A stretch of DNA of 63,951 bases, filler included, from Octopus bimaculoides (GCF_001194135.2; 4 parts of 3 records of this genome joined end to end with filler, not necessarily neighbours in it), one strand, 5' to 3'. Positions 1 to 12,473 are shown, counted from the whole stretch's first letter. Translations and numbers: made by a program. The notes: generated by a model from the letters alone, not told the origin.

Positions 1-316
1 ATATGCACGTTAGAAAATCATTCGAGCGAGGTCGTTGCCAGTGCTGCTGGACTGGCTCCTGTGCAGGTGGCACATAAAAAACACCATTTTGAGTGTGGCC
101 GTTGCCAGTACCATGTGATTGGCCCTTGTGCCGGTGGCACATAAAAGCACCCACTACACTCTCAGAGTAGTTGGCATTAGGAAAGGCATCCAGCTGTAGA
201 AACTCTGCCAGATCAGATTGGAGCCTGGTGTAGCCATCTGGTTCACCAGTCCTCAGTCAAATTGTCCAACTCATGCTAGCATGGAAAGCGGACGTTAAAT
301 GATGTTGATGATGATG
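1..316 (+). mobile_element. RTE-type LINE 3' end (3' UTR and (GAT)n tail)
   Basis: Same 3' UTR (gcacccactacactctcagagt...gcatggaaagcggacgttaaa + gatgatgat) as the RT-bearing copies at 15107-16462 and 40527-44045. Confidence 0.8.
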
Positions 317-329
317 ATATATATCTCAG

Positions 330-448
330 TGTCATCATCATTTGACATCTGTTTTCCAGGCTGGCATGGGTTGAATGGTTTGACAGGAGCTGGCAATGCA
401 GAGGACTGCACCAAGTTCCACTGTCTGCTTTGGCATGGTTTTTACATC

Positions 449-486
<38 letters not shown>

Positions 487-2140
487 TTAACGTCTGTGTT
501 CCATGCTAGCATGAGTGGGATGGTACCACAAGTGCCAGCCAAACCAAAGCCTGCACCAGACTTCTGTGACTGTTATGGCAGGATTTTTACAGCTGGATGC
601 CCTTCCAAACACCAGCCACTTTATAGTGTAGATTGGATGCTTTTTAAGTGGCATCTGCACTAACAGTAGGTACATGCAAGACAAAAACTTTTAAGACGGG
701 AGGAGGCATTGGAGGAGATAGTGAGACAGATATAGGTGTCTTGCTGAAGAGGAAGTATCAAGTTACCAGGCTGGAGAGAGAAAGGTCAGGAATGATGACA
801 GAAACAGATGTGCTACCTGCCTTTCCTAATACAGGTGACTTGCTATAGAGGAAATACATAGTTACCACAGTTAGAGGGAGATAGTGAGAGACAGATGGTG
901 GCAATGAGCGAGGGCATACTCTCAATGTATAGGAATGAGAATATAAATTGGTTGAGCATTGCTAAAGGTGCATGTGTAGTGAGTCCACATGACTACCAAG
1001 AAGTTGGGAAGGAGGAGACTGCATCACTTGGTGAAACTTGTGTATATTGAGGGATGGACAAGATAGCAATAATACAGTGGGAAAGGCAGTGAGCACAGGA
1101 TTGGGATGCAGAAGTGGGGCAGTTGAGATAAGCATATTGCATGAAAAGGGAAGAAATGTGAGGAAGAGAGGAGAGATGTAGTTTGGTTTATTGAAGTAGG
1201 GTGTGTGATAAACTTTTATGTTACATGTGAGTGGAAAACAGCGCTTCCTGAACTCAGTTTTGCTGAGGTGGGTGGGTTTTCTCAAGAACCTCATTGCCAG
1301 ACATCTTGAGCCATTGTCATCACCTCCATGTGGCCCAACATCTTGAGGTTGGTCCTCACTACTTCATACCATGTCTTCCTAAGTCTCCCTCTTCCACACT
1401 TGCCATCTACTTTAAACAGTTGACATTTTTTTATACAGCTGCCTTCATTCTTACTCATCACATGTCCAAACCAGTGTAGTCTTCTTTTTTATATGCTGCA
1501 TCTGATTCCTCTTATGCCCAATAATTCTCTCAGCCCATTTACACTTTTTCATGTGCAACACTAGTGTTGCATATCCATCAGAGTATATTAGCTTCATTCC
1601 TCTCTAGTCTATTCATGTTTTCTGCATTCAGAGCCCATGTCTCACTACCATGAAGTATAGCCATTCATACACAAGCATCATACAATCTGCCTTTCACTCT
1701 AAGAGAGAATCCTTTTGTTGCCAGCAAAGGTAATATCTCTCTGAACTTCCTCTACCCTATTCTAATTCTACTAACAATAATTTCTGAACATCTTCTGCCC
1801 ACTGCTAATTTGGTCACCTAGGGAACAGAAACTATCTACAACCTCAAGAGCCGCCTGAGCATTTGAGAGAGTCTAATTCCCACATGTTCTTAGTGCTTAT
1901 TGTTTCTGTGCATCTGCCACATACAAAGATGGCTTTCTCTGCTAACCTACGTGACATTCCACTGCTCTTATCTGTCCATAGCTTGCACTTGGTGCAACAA
2001 ATAGAATTTCTTCTAATACCTTTCTTACTATCATCAACTTAGCACTGAAATTCTCATTTGAATATGACTAGGTTATTTTGGCTGTTTTGGTATCATTTGA
2101 CAATGTAATTCTCAGCCAAATTCAGGTGGTTTGGTATCAA
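330..2140 (-). mobile_element. Degenerate RTE LINE fragments (two (GAT)n tails, 3' UTR, RT C-terminal remnant)
   Basis: (cat)n tails at about 335 and 449-486. 1500-2000 is the reverse complement of the RT C-terminus (RVKGRLYDACV region) seen at 4860-5100. Confidence 0.7.
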
Positions 2141-2184
2141 AATAGTTAAGCATCTCAATGGTCCAGAAACTTCCCCTGTCTTAT

Positions 2185-2905
2185 TGTTGTGGTGAAATCC
2201 TGACACTCCTGTGAGATAGAAAGTCAACTGTCCTAAACCGTATAAAGGTGCATGTGCACTGTCAGTGAGGGACAGTGTGGTGTGTGCAGGCTCTTTGTGA
2301 AGACAGTCATAGAGTCGTTGAGAAGAGATATTGTTTATTACGGGTTACTTCTGATTTATATTTGTATTGTTATAGCTTTGTTATAAGTCCACATTATAAA
2401 GTGGCATATTCAGTGAGTTCAAAGAAGGACATAGCAGTGTCGATGAGACATTCGAAGTTCACAGTGGATGTTCTTAGCATAGCTTCCATAGTTCAGTTGC
2501 AATGGCAACTACAACAACAAGAGCAGAAACAGTTGAAAAAGCAACAAGAAGAACAGAAACAGCAAGAACAGGTATAACAGCAACTACAACAACAAAATCA
2601 ACAGTTGTTGGAATTATTGTTGCAGTCAAAAAATACTTCAGGTTCATTTTCGGCAGACACAGTTGCTAATTCAATTGAAGAATTTACATATAATCCAGAA
2701 GAAGGGATTACGTTTTCTGCATACTTCAGAAGGTATTAAGGAATCTTCAAGGAAGAGTGTAAAAGCTGGGCAGATGAAAAGAAGGTACGTCTTTTAAGGA
2801 AATTATCACCAGCAGAACATGAAAAGTTTTGTAATTACATCTTGCTGAGAAAACCATCCGAAATTTGTTTCGAGGAAACAATTAAGCTTTTATCTAAAAT
2901 ATTCA
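2185..2905 (+). mobile_element. Ty3/Gypsy remnant: putative LTR, PBS-like site and degenerate gag
   Basis: Starts TG. gtggc PBS-like site at about 2401. Gln-rich N-terminus, then EFTYNPEEGITFSAYFRRY*GIFKEECKSWADEKKVRLLRKLSPAEHEKFCNYILLRKPSEICFEETIKLLSKIF, resembling K02A2.6-like Gypsy gag. In-frame stops present. Confidence 0.65.
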
Positions 2906-3532
2906 GAAATAATTACAGAGGTATCAAATTGTTGGATCGGGTGATGAAAGTTATGGCTCAACTAATTAGGGAAAGAGTTAACCTAGATGCGATGCAGTTT
3001 GGTTTTGTGCCAAAGAGAAGCACCACTGATACTTTATTTCTGGTAAGACAACTGCAGGAGAAATACGTTGCCAAAGACAAACCTCTGTACTTGGCCTTTA
3101 TTGACTTGGAGAAAGTCTTTGACAGGGTCCCCCAATCCCTTATCTGGTGGTCAGTGTGGAAACTAGCGATAGACAAGTGGTTGATGATAGCTGTATGAGT
3201 CATGTACTGTGATGCGATCAGTAAGGTGATGGTTGGCAATGAGTACAGCAAAGAAGTCAGGGTACAAGTAGGGGTTCACCAAGAATCAGTCCTCAGCCAC
3301 CTCTTGTTCATCATAGCCCTCCAGGCAATAACAGAGGAATTTAAGACAGGCTGGCTTGGGAGCTCCTCTATGCTGATGACCTTGCTCTTATAGCTGAATC
3401 ACTACCAGAACTAGAGAACTTTCAGGTATGGAAGCAAAGTCTAGAATCAAAGGGCCTTAGAGTTAACCTATCAAAAACCAAAGTCTTAGTAGGAAGGTAG
3501 ACAAATCACAAGTCCCTTCAGGTAGATGGCTC

Positions 3533-4562
3533 TGTAGTGAAACTTCTCTCTCGGGCATTCAATCATAAATGATAACGAAGCTGCTAACATCTAGCCTTAG
3601 GCTGCCTTGGACCCTTCTGTCCACCATTTTGATTGGTTCTTATTTGCGCGGCAATTGTCCCCATGTTCTGCTTGCTAAGGGTGGATTACGTCCAATCGTG
3701 GCCTTCAGAGAGAGTTTTTCTGGGTTTCCGGTGAGCCCTGTTTCGCCCATAAATAAGCCCGATCCAACGACATTAGTCGTCTTTGATTCCAGATCTCTCA
3801 CAGGTCTGGTCGCTGATCACACATACAGAACACAGCTACAGCCAGTTCCAGCGCCGATGTCTTCACCACCTATGTACTGACCACCACAATGTCGTGCACC
3901 AGCAACCCCACCACCAGGTACACACCAATATCAACACACTCGGTTTTATATCGACACTGTTTGAGTGGATTGTTTCCACCACGAGCAACAGTCAGAACTA
4001 ACCAGTGAGAATATTTCGTATCAGGTAAAATGGTCACAGCATTCGATGCTCAACTCACATATTGTGATACCACAGCTCTGCTACTTGACCACAACTTCCT
4101 GCGTATGAACATTCTATTTCCTTGTGTAACTCTAATACGAACTGGTATTTCTCTATCTCAGTGTTTGAGACTTGTAGTCTATGTTACAGACACTCTTTCT
4201 ATGTTCTGTGTTCCTCTCATTCACACGCACACTTGTACTCTCACATATTGTACATACACTATTGCTTATACGACTGTCCGTTACTTCACATTGTTGTATT
4301 CATTCTCTTGTACACGAAGGCCTGACTTATCTACTGTGTTATTTATATATGTTGCATGCGCGCACACAGACACAAACAGTTTCACTATGTTAATAAACTT
4401 ACTCTCTATATATCTAACGGTTGTGTTTGTCCTAAGTTCTTTTACTGGCACTATGGCTCGTATCTCTCACGATGAGTCTTCTATCTTATATATATATATA
4501 TATATCATTTTGTTTCCGTCTACGTCACCATCTCCTTTGGTTTGCACGGTCGAATTATTATA
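3533..4562 (+). mobile_element. Solo-LTR-like insertion (1030 bp) in the RTE copy
   Basis: The RTE sequence ggtagatg-gccc-tgtt(c)gatc is split exactly here. Flanks GCTC (3529-3532) and GCCC (4563-4566) fit a 4-bp TSD with one mismatch. The insert starts TGTAGTGA and ends ATTATTATA (degenerate CA). TATA-like ataaataag at about 3749. Confidence 0.6.
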
Positions 4563-5592
4563 GCCCTGTTTGATCTGTAGAAAAGGTGTAGGTAGAAACT
4601 CCAAAGAGCACCCAGTGTATGCTTTGGACACATAAAAGGTGCAGTAATATCAGAGGGAGATTAACAGGGAAACTAACTTTTCTATGTGGAAGATGCACAG
4701 ATACAATAAACACTAAAAATGTACAAAAAATAGACTCCATCCAGGCATGCAAGCTAGAAGTAGTAGATAGCATTTGTTATCTAGGTGACCAAGTTAGTAG
4801 AGGAGGTGGATGCTCCGAAAGCGTAGCTGTGAGGATAAGATTAGGCTGGGCAAAGTTCAGAGAGCTCCTATCTCTGCTGGCAACAAGGGGCTTCTCTCTC
4901 AGAGTGAAAGGCAGATTGTATGATGCCTGTGTGTGAACAGCTATGCCACATGGGAATGAAATATGGGCTGTGACAGCCAAGGACATGCACAGGCTTGAAA
5001 GAAATGAAGCCAGTATGCTTCGCTGGATGTGCAATATCAGTGTGCATGTGCGACAGAGTGTAAGCATCTTGAGAAAAAAGTTAGGCATAAGAGATGGTGT
5101 GCAAGAGTAGTTAGGCATTAGATGTGGTGTGCAAGAGAGACAACTGCACTGGTATGGTGATGTGATGCATATGGACAAGGACAGCTGTGTAAAGAAGTGC
5201 CGATCTCTAACTGTGGATGGAACCTGTGGTAGAGGTAGACCCAGGAAGACATGNNNNNNNNNNNNNNNNNNNNNNNNNNNNNNNNNNNNNNNNNNNNNNN
5301 NNNNNNNNNNNNNNNGATGTGATGCATATGGACAAGGACAGCTGTGTAAAGAAGTGCCGATCTCTAACTGTGGATGGAACCTGTGGTAGAGGTAGACCCA
5401 GGAAGACATGAGACGAAGTGGTGAAGCTTGATCTTTAAGCCTCACAGAGGCAATGACTAGTGGCAGAGATCTTTGGTGATATGCTGTGCTTGAGAAGGCC
5501 TGTCAAGCAAAGAGAAATTGTAGTCAAGGCTGATGCTAGTGTCGCATAACTGGCACCCATGCCGGTAGCATGTAGAGAGCACCATTCAAGCA

Positions 5593-5780
5593 TTGGGCCT
5601 CATGGAGGCAAAGTGGCTGAGTTCCTTTCAAGTGTTGGGCCTAACAGAGACAAAAGTGGCTGAGTATCTTTCGAGTGATGGGCCTCAGGAGGCAAAATGG
5701 CTGTTCCATTTGAGTGTTGGGCCTCATGGAGGCAAAGTGGCTGAGTTCCTTTCAAGTGTTGGGCCTCACAGAGGCAATGA
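5593..5780 (+). repeat. About 42-bp tandem repeat (4-5 units) in the RTE 3' UTR
   Basis: Unit ttgggcctcatggaggcaaagtggctgagttcctttcaagtg. Units 1 (5593) and 4 (5717) are identical. Confidence 0.85.
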
Positions 5781-6097
5781 CCGTGACCCTTGGCATTATG
5801 TCGTGCTTGAAAAGACCCATCAAGCCGACCAAAATGGCAGTCACGGCAGATACCAGTGTCACACAAATGGCACCCATGCCAGTGGCACATATAAGCACTC
5901 ATTACACTATCAAAGTGGTTGGCGTTAGGAAGGGCATCCAGCCATAGAAAACCATGCCATATCAGACTGGAGTCTGGTGTAGCCTACCGGTTCCCAGCCC
6001 TGGTCAACCCATGTCAGCATGGACAACATATGTTTATTGATGATGATGATAGATGTGTGTGTGTGTGCAGATATATACAATGTAATACTATTATGTA

Positions 6098-7239
6098 CAG
6101 AGTGATAGGGATAATAATTATCAGTATAATACTCTCTTTGAACAAGTCAAAAGGTTTTTATTTCTTTCAGATCTAGGCAGGTAAAATGTTCATACAAGAA
6201 ATGAAAAGACATGCAGTCATTGTTGCCACATGTGCAGAACACAGTAATTTAGGAATTGCTAAGTTTCTAAATGTTGCAATTCAGATTGAATTGTAACCCT
6301 TTGATGAGAATACTTCAACTGAATCAAAGGGGTAAAAGGACATTCTAAATACTCAAACATTGTAATTTATCCAGTGAGTTCAAAACATTATTGATGATGC
6401 CCCTGAAAAAGTCAATGAGGGTTATAGCCAAAGAACTTCACATTCGGAGTGGACTATCAGAACTGTATTGTATGAGGACATTCATATAAGTCATATGTAC
6501 TAAAAGAAAAGCCAATTCATTTCTGAAAAGACACAGGTAAACCATTTCCTGTGTCAAATTGTTACTTAACTAGGTTAAAAACCTTCACAGACGTAGCATA
6601 ATAAGAAAACTTCAACCAAGACCAGAATTCTAACAGAAGAAATGACATGGTTAGGTGTAGATCTTTCTGATGTCTCCAGAGTGATGCATACTAACTGCAA
6701 TTGTTTTAGGAGTGGTGAGTAAGGGAGGTCATGTCATGTCACCTTACATCATTCCACAGGATACATTGAGGTGCTGGAGACTTGTTAATCCCTGGATCAG
6801 TGGAAGCCCATACATATTTCAACAAGTCTAAGCACTTCACAAAGCCCACAAAATCCAAGAATTGATTTCAAACAATCTTTACAATCACATGCCACCAAAC
6901 TTGTGACCTCCAAACTCACCAGATTTAAATCCTATGGACTACTATGTTTGGAACATTGTTGAAAGGGAGACTAAGAGATGTCCTCACAATATCATACTTC
7001 ACTAGAGACCATTATTGTCCAGAGGATATCCAAAATGTATAAGGTCTATTTGATGCAGGTATGTCATTGATTCTGGTCCTGCATTGAAGCAGAAGGCAGA
7101 TTCATAGAATAATCTTTCTTATAGGAAGGCTTATTGAGAACATGCATACAAATTTATATTAAAATTCTTTTCGCTTTTGAAAACTTGAAGTTGTTTTATT
7201 AAATTACCAAATATATCCTTAAATACCCCTTACACCCTG
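6098..7239 (+). mobile_element. Degenerate Tc1/mariner-superfamily element (maT/DD37D-like)
   Basis: EMKRHAVIVATCAEHSNLGIAKFLNVA N-terminus; GVVSKGGHVMSP; L*PPNSPDLNPMDYYVWNIVERET at 6901-6970. Imperfect TIRs (ta)cagagtga / caccctg(ta) with TA flanks. Confidence 0.7.
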
Positions 7240-7860
7240 TACATACACATACATGCACACACGCACTTGTACATGTAACAAGTGCAGGTGTTCTTTGCCA
7301 AAATGTTTATAAATTGCTGGATAGTTATATTTTTTAGTGTGCCACATAATTATATGAAACTAATTTAGTACAGGGTAAGTCAGATACAACATTGATATAA
7401 TTTTGATGGGACCCAACATAGAAAGTGTAAGTAATGTACCATCAAAATGTAAGAAAATAATGTCTAAAGATTATCTTTTATAATATAAATGTTATTAGTT
7501 TATATACATTTATGACCAATGTATTTTAAAGTAAAAAATTGAACAACTCCTTTTTTGTTTATGATGGACTTGTATGCTTAGTTCAAATATGAAATTATTG
7601 ATGTTCCCAATGTGTAATAGCTAGCATATTTGGTTTCTTGGTAGAATATAATCTGATAGATTTCTTTTTGAATTTTTTATAATTTGAACCATCAGATGTG
7701 TTTATAAAATAGGGAGTAAGTTGACATTATAAAAGATAACTTTAAAAAAAAATTATGCAGCAAAATGTGATAGTTTATGTATTTTTGAATTGAAACTTGT
7801 TTAACCCTTAAACGTTTGCAAACTGAAGCTTTTTTAACCTTTAACATTTTGTTACAATAG

Positions 7861-8013
7861 GTAACTGTTGATGACCATGTATATACTGGTGTAGGACAGA
7901 ATAAGAAATTAGCTAAACGGAACGCTGCTGAAGGTATGCTTCAGTTGCTTGGTTACAGTCGACCAGCACCTCAGCCAGCAAAGCCTGCAATCAAAACTGG
8001 AAGTAATTCAGAG
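7861..8013 (+). CDS. stau: Staufen, internal exon (C-terminal half of dsRBD4)
   Basis: tag|GTA...GAG|gtaaag. Encodes VTVDDHVYTGVGQNKKLAKRNAAEGMLQLLGYSRPAPQPAKPAIKTGSNSE, matching the Staufen G.G.NKK.AKRNAAE.ML..LG....QP.KPA.K motif. Confidence 0.93.
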
Positions 8014-8372
8014 GTAAAGTTTAAAGCTCTTAACTTTCCCTTAATTTTAGTAAAAACTTGTATTTGTCTAAAAATTTCTCCTATTGCCCTAAGTTCCTTC
8101 CATATACTAATCTGTGATGTTTCAAGTTTCCTATAATTGCTGTAACTTTTACTCAGAATCTTTACCATTTTAAAGTCCTGTTTCCTTGTAATTTAAGGGA
8201 AATTTAGTTCTTGTTTCTGATACATCTCACAATCACCCTTTATCTTTCTCAGAATTGCATGTAGATCTAGATTAAAAAACAAACAAAATCTAAAAACTAA
8301 TTCCTTGATTCTGCATTAAAAGCATAAATTAAAGATATTAAAAACATTTGTAAGTTACAGCAAACTCATTAG

Positions 8373-8413
<41 letters not shown>

Positions 8414-9394
8414 CAAAAACGAATATGTAATCACTACCACAAATTGTTCAACTATTCAAAATCAGGAGAAAAAAAATTTACATCTGGCCAATAGTTTACA
8501 AAATAATATTCATTGCTCAATATAATTTTTATTGGCAAAATTTGACCAATATTTCTCAAAGAAAAACGAAATTTACATGTACAAGAATGTCCACTAGGTA
8601 AAATTCAGATGTCACTCTTCACATGTTAAAACAGCCTAAAGGAATAAACAACATTCTCAATATGATGGTTCCATGCTTGTGGCTCAATTTAGTGCATTTT
8701 TTCGTAGCAATTTTTACATTTGCTTCAGAGCTAAATGTCTGTCTATTCAATGAATTTTGAAGAGACTGAAACAGGTGGAAATCTGAAGGCACAATATATG
8801 TTTACTCATTTCTTGAAATTCTGGCTCAAATTCAATATTTGAAACTTTGGATTCATATTCTGACTTCTTGCTGTGTGAGGACATGTCAGTTTCACGAATA
8901 GCATCAGTATACCACCTTCTTTATTGACTTAGTGCTTTTTTGCCATACTATGGCCAAATTCAGCAATGACCATTTTGAATTTGCAAGAAAATAAGTGAAA
9001 ATTAATAAAATTTTCAATTTTATATTATATAATGATTATCGATTTTATATCAAATTAAAGCAAAAACAGTCTTCTTCAAGACTATGATTTTCAACACAAA
9101 TTGAGTTATAGCACTCTGACGCATTGAACTAGAGTGAGGACTACTGTTCAGATGTCAAAAAAAAAAAGAAGGGAGAAGCTTTGTGAATGAGTGGAAATAT
9201 CAGGGTGACTGAGAGACCCTGGCATGATATGTAAGTGTCAGATTTTGATAAAAACGATATGAGAAGAAAGTTTACATCTAGAACTTTCAAATGATATATA
9301 ATTTCTATGGAAAATATGTACTTTGACATGAAAATGATCAAGCAAAAAGTGTGTTTTTGTGTGGTCAAACTAGGCTTGTTTCCCTTCTATGGCA

Positions 9395-9605
9395 CTGGAT
9401 GTCTGTGTGTGTAATACGTATGCATTTCTACGGTTTTTAACTGATTTTCACCAAACGTTACACACACACACATTACTTATGTGCTTAAGGATGGTCGTGC
9501 ACTATCATTTTTGCCCAGAGCTCCCACATAAGCGAGAAACTGGGATAAACGGTTTTTCTCTAAAAACTGCTGTTTTCAACTGATTCTCTCCTTTTTCTCA
9601 TTCTC
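9395..9605 (+). mobile_element. Putative non-autonomous Helitron/Helentron-type (HINE/DINE-like) fragment
   Basis: gtctgtgtgtgtaatacgtatgcatttctacggtttttaactgattttcaccaaac resembles such elements from recall. More CpG than the flanks. No termini resolved. Confidence 0.35.
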
Positions 9606-9639
9606 TGTTTCTCTTGTATACATATATACTCTCACCCTC

Positions 9640-9885
9640 TAATAGTTTCTCTCTTTTAGTCTGTCTTCTTTCTTTCTTTCTTTCTTTCCTTCTGTCCCTC
9701 CTTCCATCATTCCTTTTCTTTCTTTCTCCCTTTCTTTCCCTCTTTCTTTTGTTCTTTCTATCTCCCTCTTTCTTTCCTTCCTTCTTTCTCCCTCCCCTCC
9801 CTCTATTTTGTTTTCTTTCTGGTCAACTAAAGGCAGTGCTCCAGCGTGGCCACAGTCAAAAGACTGAAACAAAAGAATAAAAAAA
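9640..9885. repeat. CT-rich low-complexity tract plus a SINE fragment
   Basis: Pyrimidine simple repeats followed by gtgctccagcgtggccacagtcaaaagactgaaac, the reverse complement of the motif at about 62010-62045. Confidence 0.55.
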
Positions 9886-11358
9886 CTATGCCATTTTAAT
9901 CCTGAGCATCGCCAGGTATGTCTGCTAGTACCTACTAAAACATCTTTTGCTGTGCTTACATTTTAGACTTCTTTATTCTAGATTTTTTGTCCATGTTTGG
10001 AACTCCTGTAATTCTTTTAGTAGTCATCAACATACAGAAGTTCCCACTGGTAGCCAGTTTTGAACTACTGTAATGACCTAGAAGAAAATAAAGAAGAGGA
10101 GACTAAAACTAAGCCCTGATAGAGTAACTGGATATGAAATTCCTTACTGAACATTTTGCTAAAACCCTCCTTGCTTTATACATGACCTTCACAAGTCATT
10201 CATCTACACTTAATTTTTCTAACAGCCACCAAACTACATAGTATAGAATTCTGTCAATGACCCTATGTAGGTTTATGAAAGCTAGGTAAAGTGATTTGCT
10301 CTTAACTAAGAACTTGTACAATTAGATGTCTTATGACAAGCTGCATCTCATCTAAATAATGCTTTTCCTATTTAAACTGCTATTATTTTTTTTCATTATG
10401 GACCATTGATTTGATTCTTCTGTAACTGCTATTTTCTAGAGCATCTTTATCTTTATCGCAGTTAATAATGCTACACCAATCATTTGGGGTTGACCCCGCC
10501 CTCCTTATTGTATCTGATTGACTTTGCGAGTGAGTAGTATGTGTCCTATTTTATTGATTGATCAGTTGCTTTCTTTGCCTTGTAACTCTTGATGGCTCTT
10601 TTGACTGTACAGCTTAAAATTTTTTTTTTACTAAATTGTACTCACAAGTACAATGCAAAGCTGTTTCTAACAGGATTATGAGATTTATATAGAGAAATCA
10701 GGAATTTAAGAGTTGAACGATTTTATCAGTTATGACACTGTTGTATTGATCCTTTGTGATCTACAGCAGAGTGCATGAACAATGTGCCATTATTATTATT
10801 ATCTCTTCATTCTGATGAGACTGGGAAGTCCTTGAAATGTTAGTGAGTAAATGGATGTAGGAACACTATTGCTCCAAAGGATTAATGAAGAAATATGAAA
10901 AATCTTTAGTAAAACGGATCGAACTTGGATGTAGTTGTGTCTTTAATATTAAAACAATTGAAAGAAAACTTTATTACACATACTCGAACACACAGAGATA
11001 TGTGCTTTTGTGTGTGTATATGAGTGGGTGGGGGTCTGTGCTTATGTTTCTGCTCTGTTGTATCTCTTTCTAGTCCCATAACTTTGTGGTTAGAAAATAA
11101 GAAGAGATCAAGTACTAAACAGGGGACATAATTATTGTGGTTGATATGAAGTTGGTGCCCTTGCATTGTTTTAGTTCAGTGACTAAAACTAATAAAATGT
11201 AAAACAGCATATGCAATTTAAGAATTGAAAGTTCAGTTCTGATTTTATGATCTTGAATTACAAGAAAAAAGAATTTTTAGCTGTAGATTTAGTATTCAGT
11301 GAGGTTTATATTCTAGTAATGGAAATCTAATCAGTTGAAAACCTTCTTCTTTGTTTAG

Positions 11359-11419
11359 GGTTCCAACTGTGATAAAAAAGTTACATTTCTGGATACAGAA
11401 GTTTCATCATCATCTACGG
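11359..11419 (+). CDS. stau: Staufen, internal exon (61 nt)
   Basis: tttag|GGT...ACG G|gtaaat. Encodes GSNCDKKVTFLDTEVSSSST, containing the Staufen KVTF motif. Phase 0 to 1 fits the neighbouring exons. Confidence 0.85.
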
Positions 11420-11938
11420 GTAAATAGAATTATACACAATTATTTTATTTCTTCCTTTGTTTATCTAATTTTTTCCTATACTAGTCTTCTTGATTTATCT
11501 TTATTCTTTTAAAAAGTTAATTGAATAGTGGCAAATAGTTAGTGTGCATAACAGCCTCTTAAAGAATGCAGAGTCGCAAAATACCATCTTGTAGATCATT
11601 GACATGGTACATTCAACACAGTTCACTGCTTCAGAGACTTATTATTCATGCTTACCTTTAATTTAACACTATAACACTTGAGTGGTGCTCTACTGGCATT
11701 GTGTTCTTTCTAAGCTTGAGAATGTGGATAACTCCTAGAGTTGTAGGAGAATGTCAAATTTCAGATAAGCTCCTTGTTATACCAAATAGCAATTCATTGT
11801 ACATATAAGTATGGTTATATGATTGAATGTCAATGATCTTGAGGTATAATTGTTGATAAGAAGATCAGAAGCTCAACAATGAAATGGATGTTTGTGTGTG
11901 AATTGAATTTTAAAGAAGAATTTGAATCTTTGCTTCAG

Positions 11939-12040
11939 GAGTTCCTGTGAATGGGGCCGTTAATGGCCGTGTTGGTTGTCAACTAATGCCTGGTTTGTTG
12001 CTTGTACCAGAAGCTAATTTGCATGCTACCAAGTCTACAA
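11939..12040 (+). CDS. stau: Staufen, internal exon (102 nt)
   Basis: ttcag|GA...ACA A|gtaaga. Encodes GVPVNGAVNGRVGCQLMPGLLLVPEANLHATKST, with the invertebrate Staufen QL.PGLLL motif. Phase 1 to 1. Confidence 0.82.
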
Positions 12041-12473
12041 GTAAGAATATATTTTGTATATTTCTTAGCCTTGTGCATATACATTGTGAGCTGGCTTCCT
12101 TCTGTTAATTAAAGCATCTTTGATAAAAAAAAAAATGTCTAAATTTTATTTCAGGTTGTCCTATGCAGCTATTATTTCATATCAAACATAAATGACTTTA
12201 TATATTTTTCTTGCATACATTTTTTTTCCATTCTCTAACAGTTTGAGATACTTTTATCTGCATATGCAAGGCATAGTTTTAACATTTATCGTTTCTATAA
12301 TTTTTTAATGTTAAGACATTTCAAATTCTTCTGTACCAAGTTTGATCCATGTGTACTTATATACATTGTGAACAGGTTATTTTCATTTGCTATATCTTTT
12401 ATGTGGATCTTTTAGAAATAAAAAGAAAATAGTTACAAATAGGTTAAGAAAATCAAATTTCTTTTTGTTATTA

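Larger units (their letters stand above)
2906..6052 (+). mobile_element. 5'-truncated RTE LINE (RT domain, C-terminus, 3' UTR, GAT tail), interrupted by a solo LTR
   Basis: NNYRGIKLLD...MQFGFVP..STTD..FLVRQLQEKY...AFIDLEKVFDRVP, GVHQESVLS, LYADDL (shifted frame), RVKGRLYDACV. Ends in gatgatgatga at about 6050. Confidence 0.9.

Noticed and set aside
430-663. ORF with a long poly-His run (and the poly-Ile ORF 299-490)
   Set aside because: It is the (CAT)n reverse complement of an RTE (GAT)n tail.
4030-4563. 177-aa hydrophobic ORF
   Set aside because: Lies inside the solo-LTR-like insert, has low-complexity T/Y/L composition and no domain motif.
5160-5410. Apparent 95-bp direct repeat around an N gap (likewise 37430-37524)
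   Set aside because: Identical sequence on both sides of a gap indicates unmerged contig overlap, an assembly artefact.
5593-5780. CRISPR-like regular repeats (also 40720-41000 and 16050-16300)
   Set aside because: Contiguous tandem units with no unique spacers, inside LINE 3' UTRs of a eukaryote, with no cas genes.
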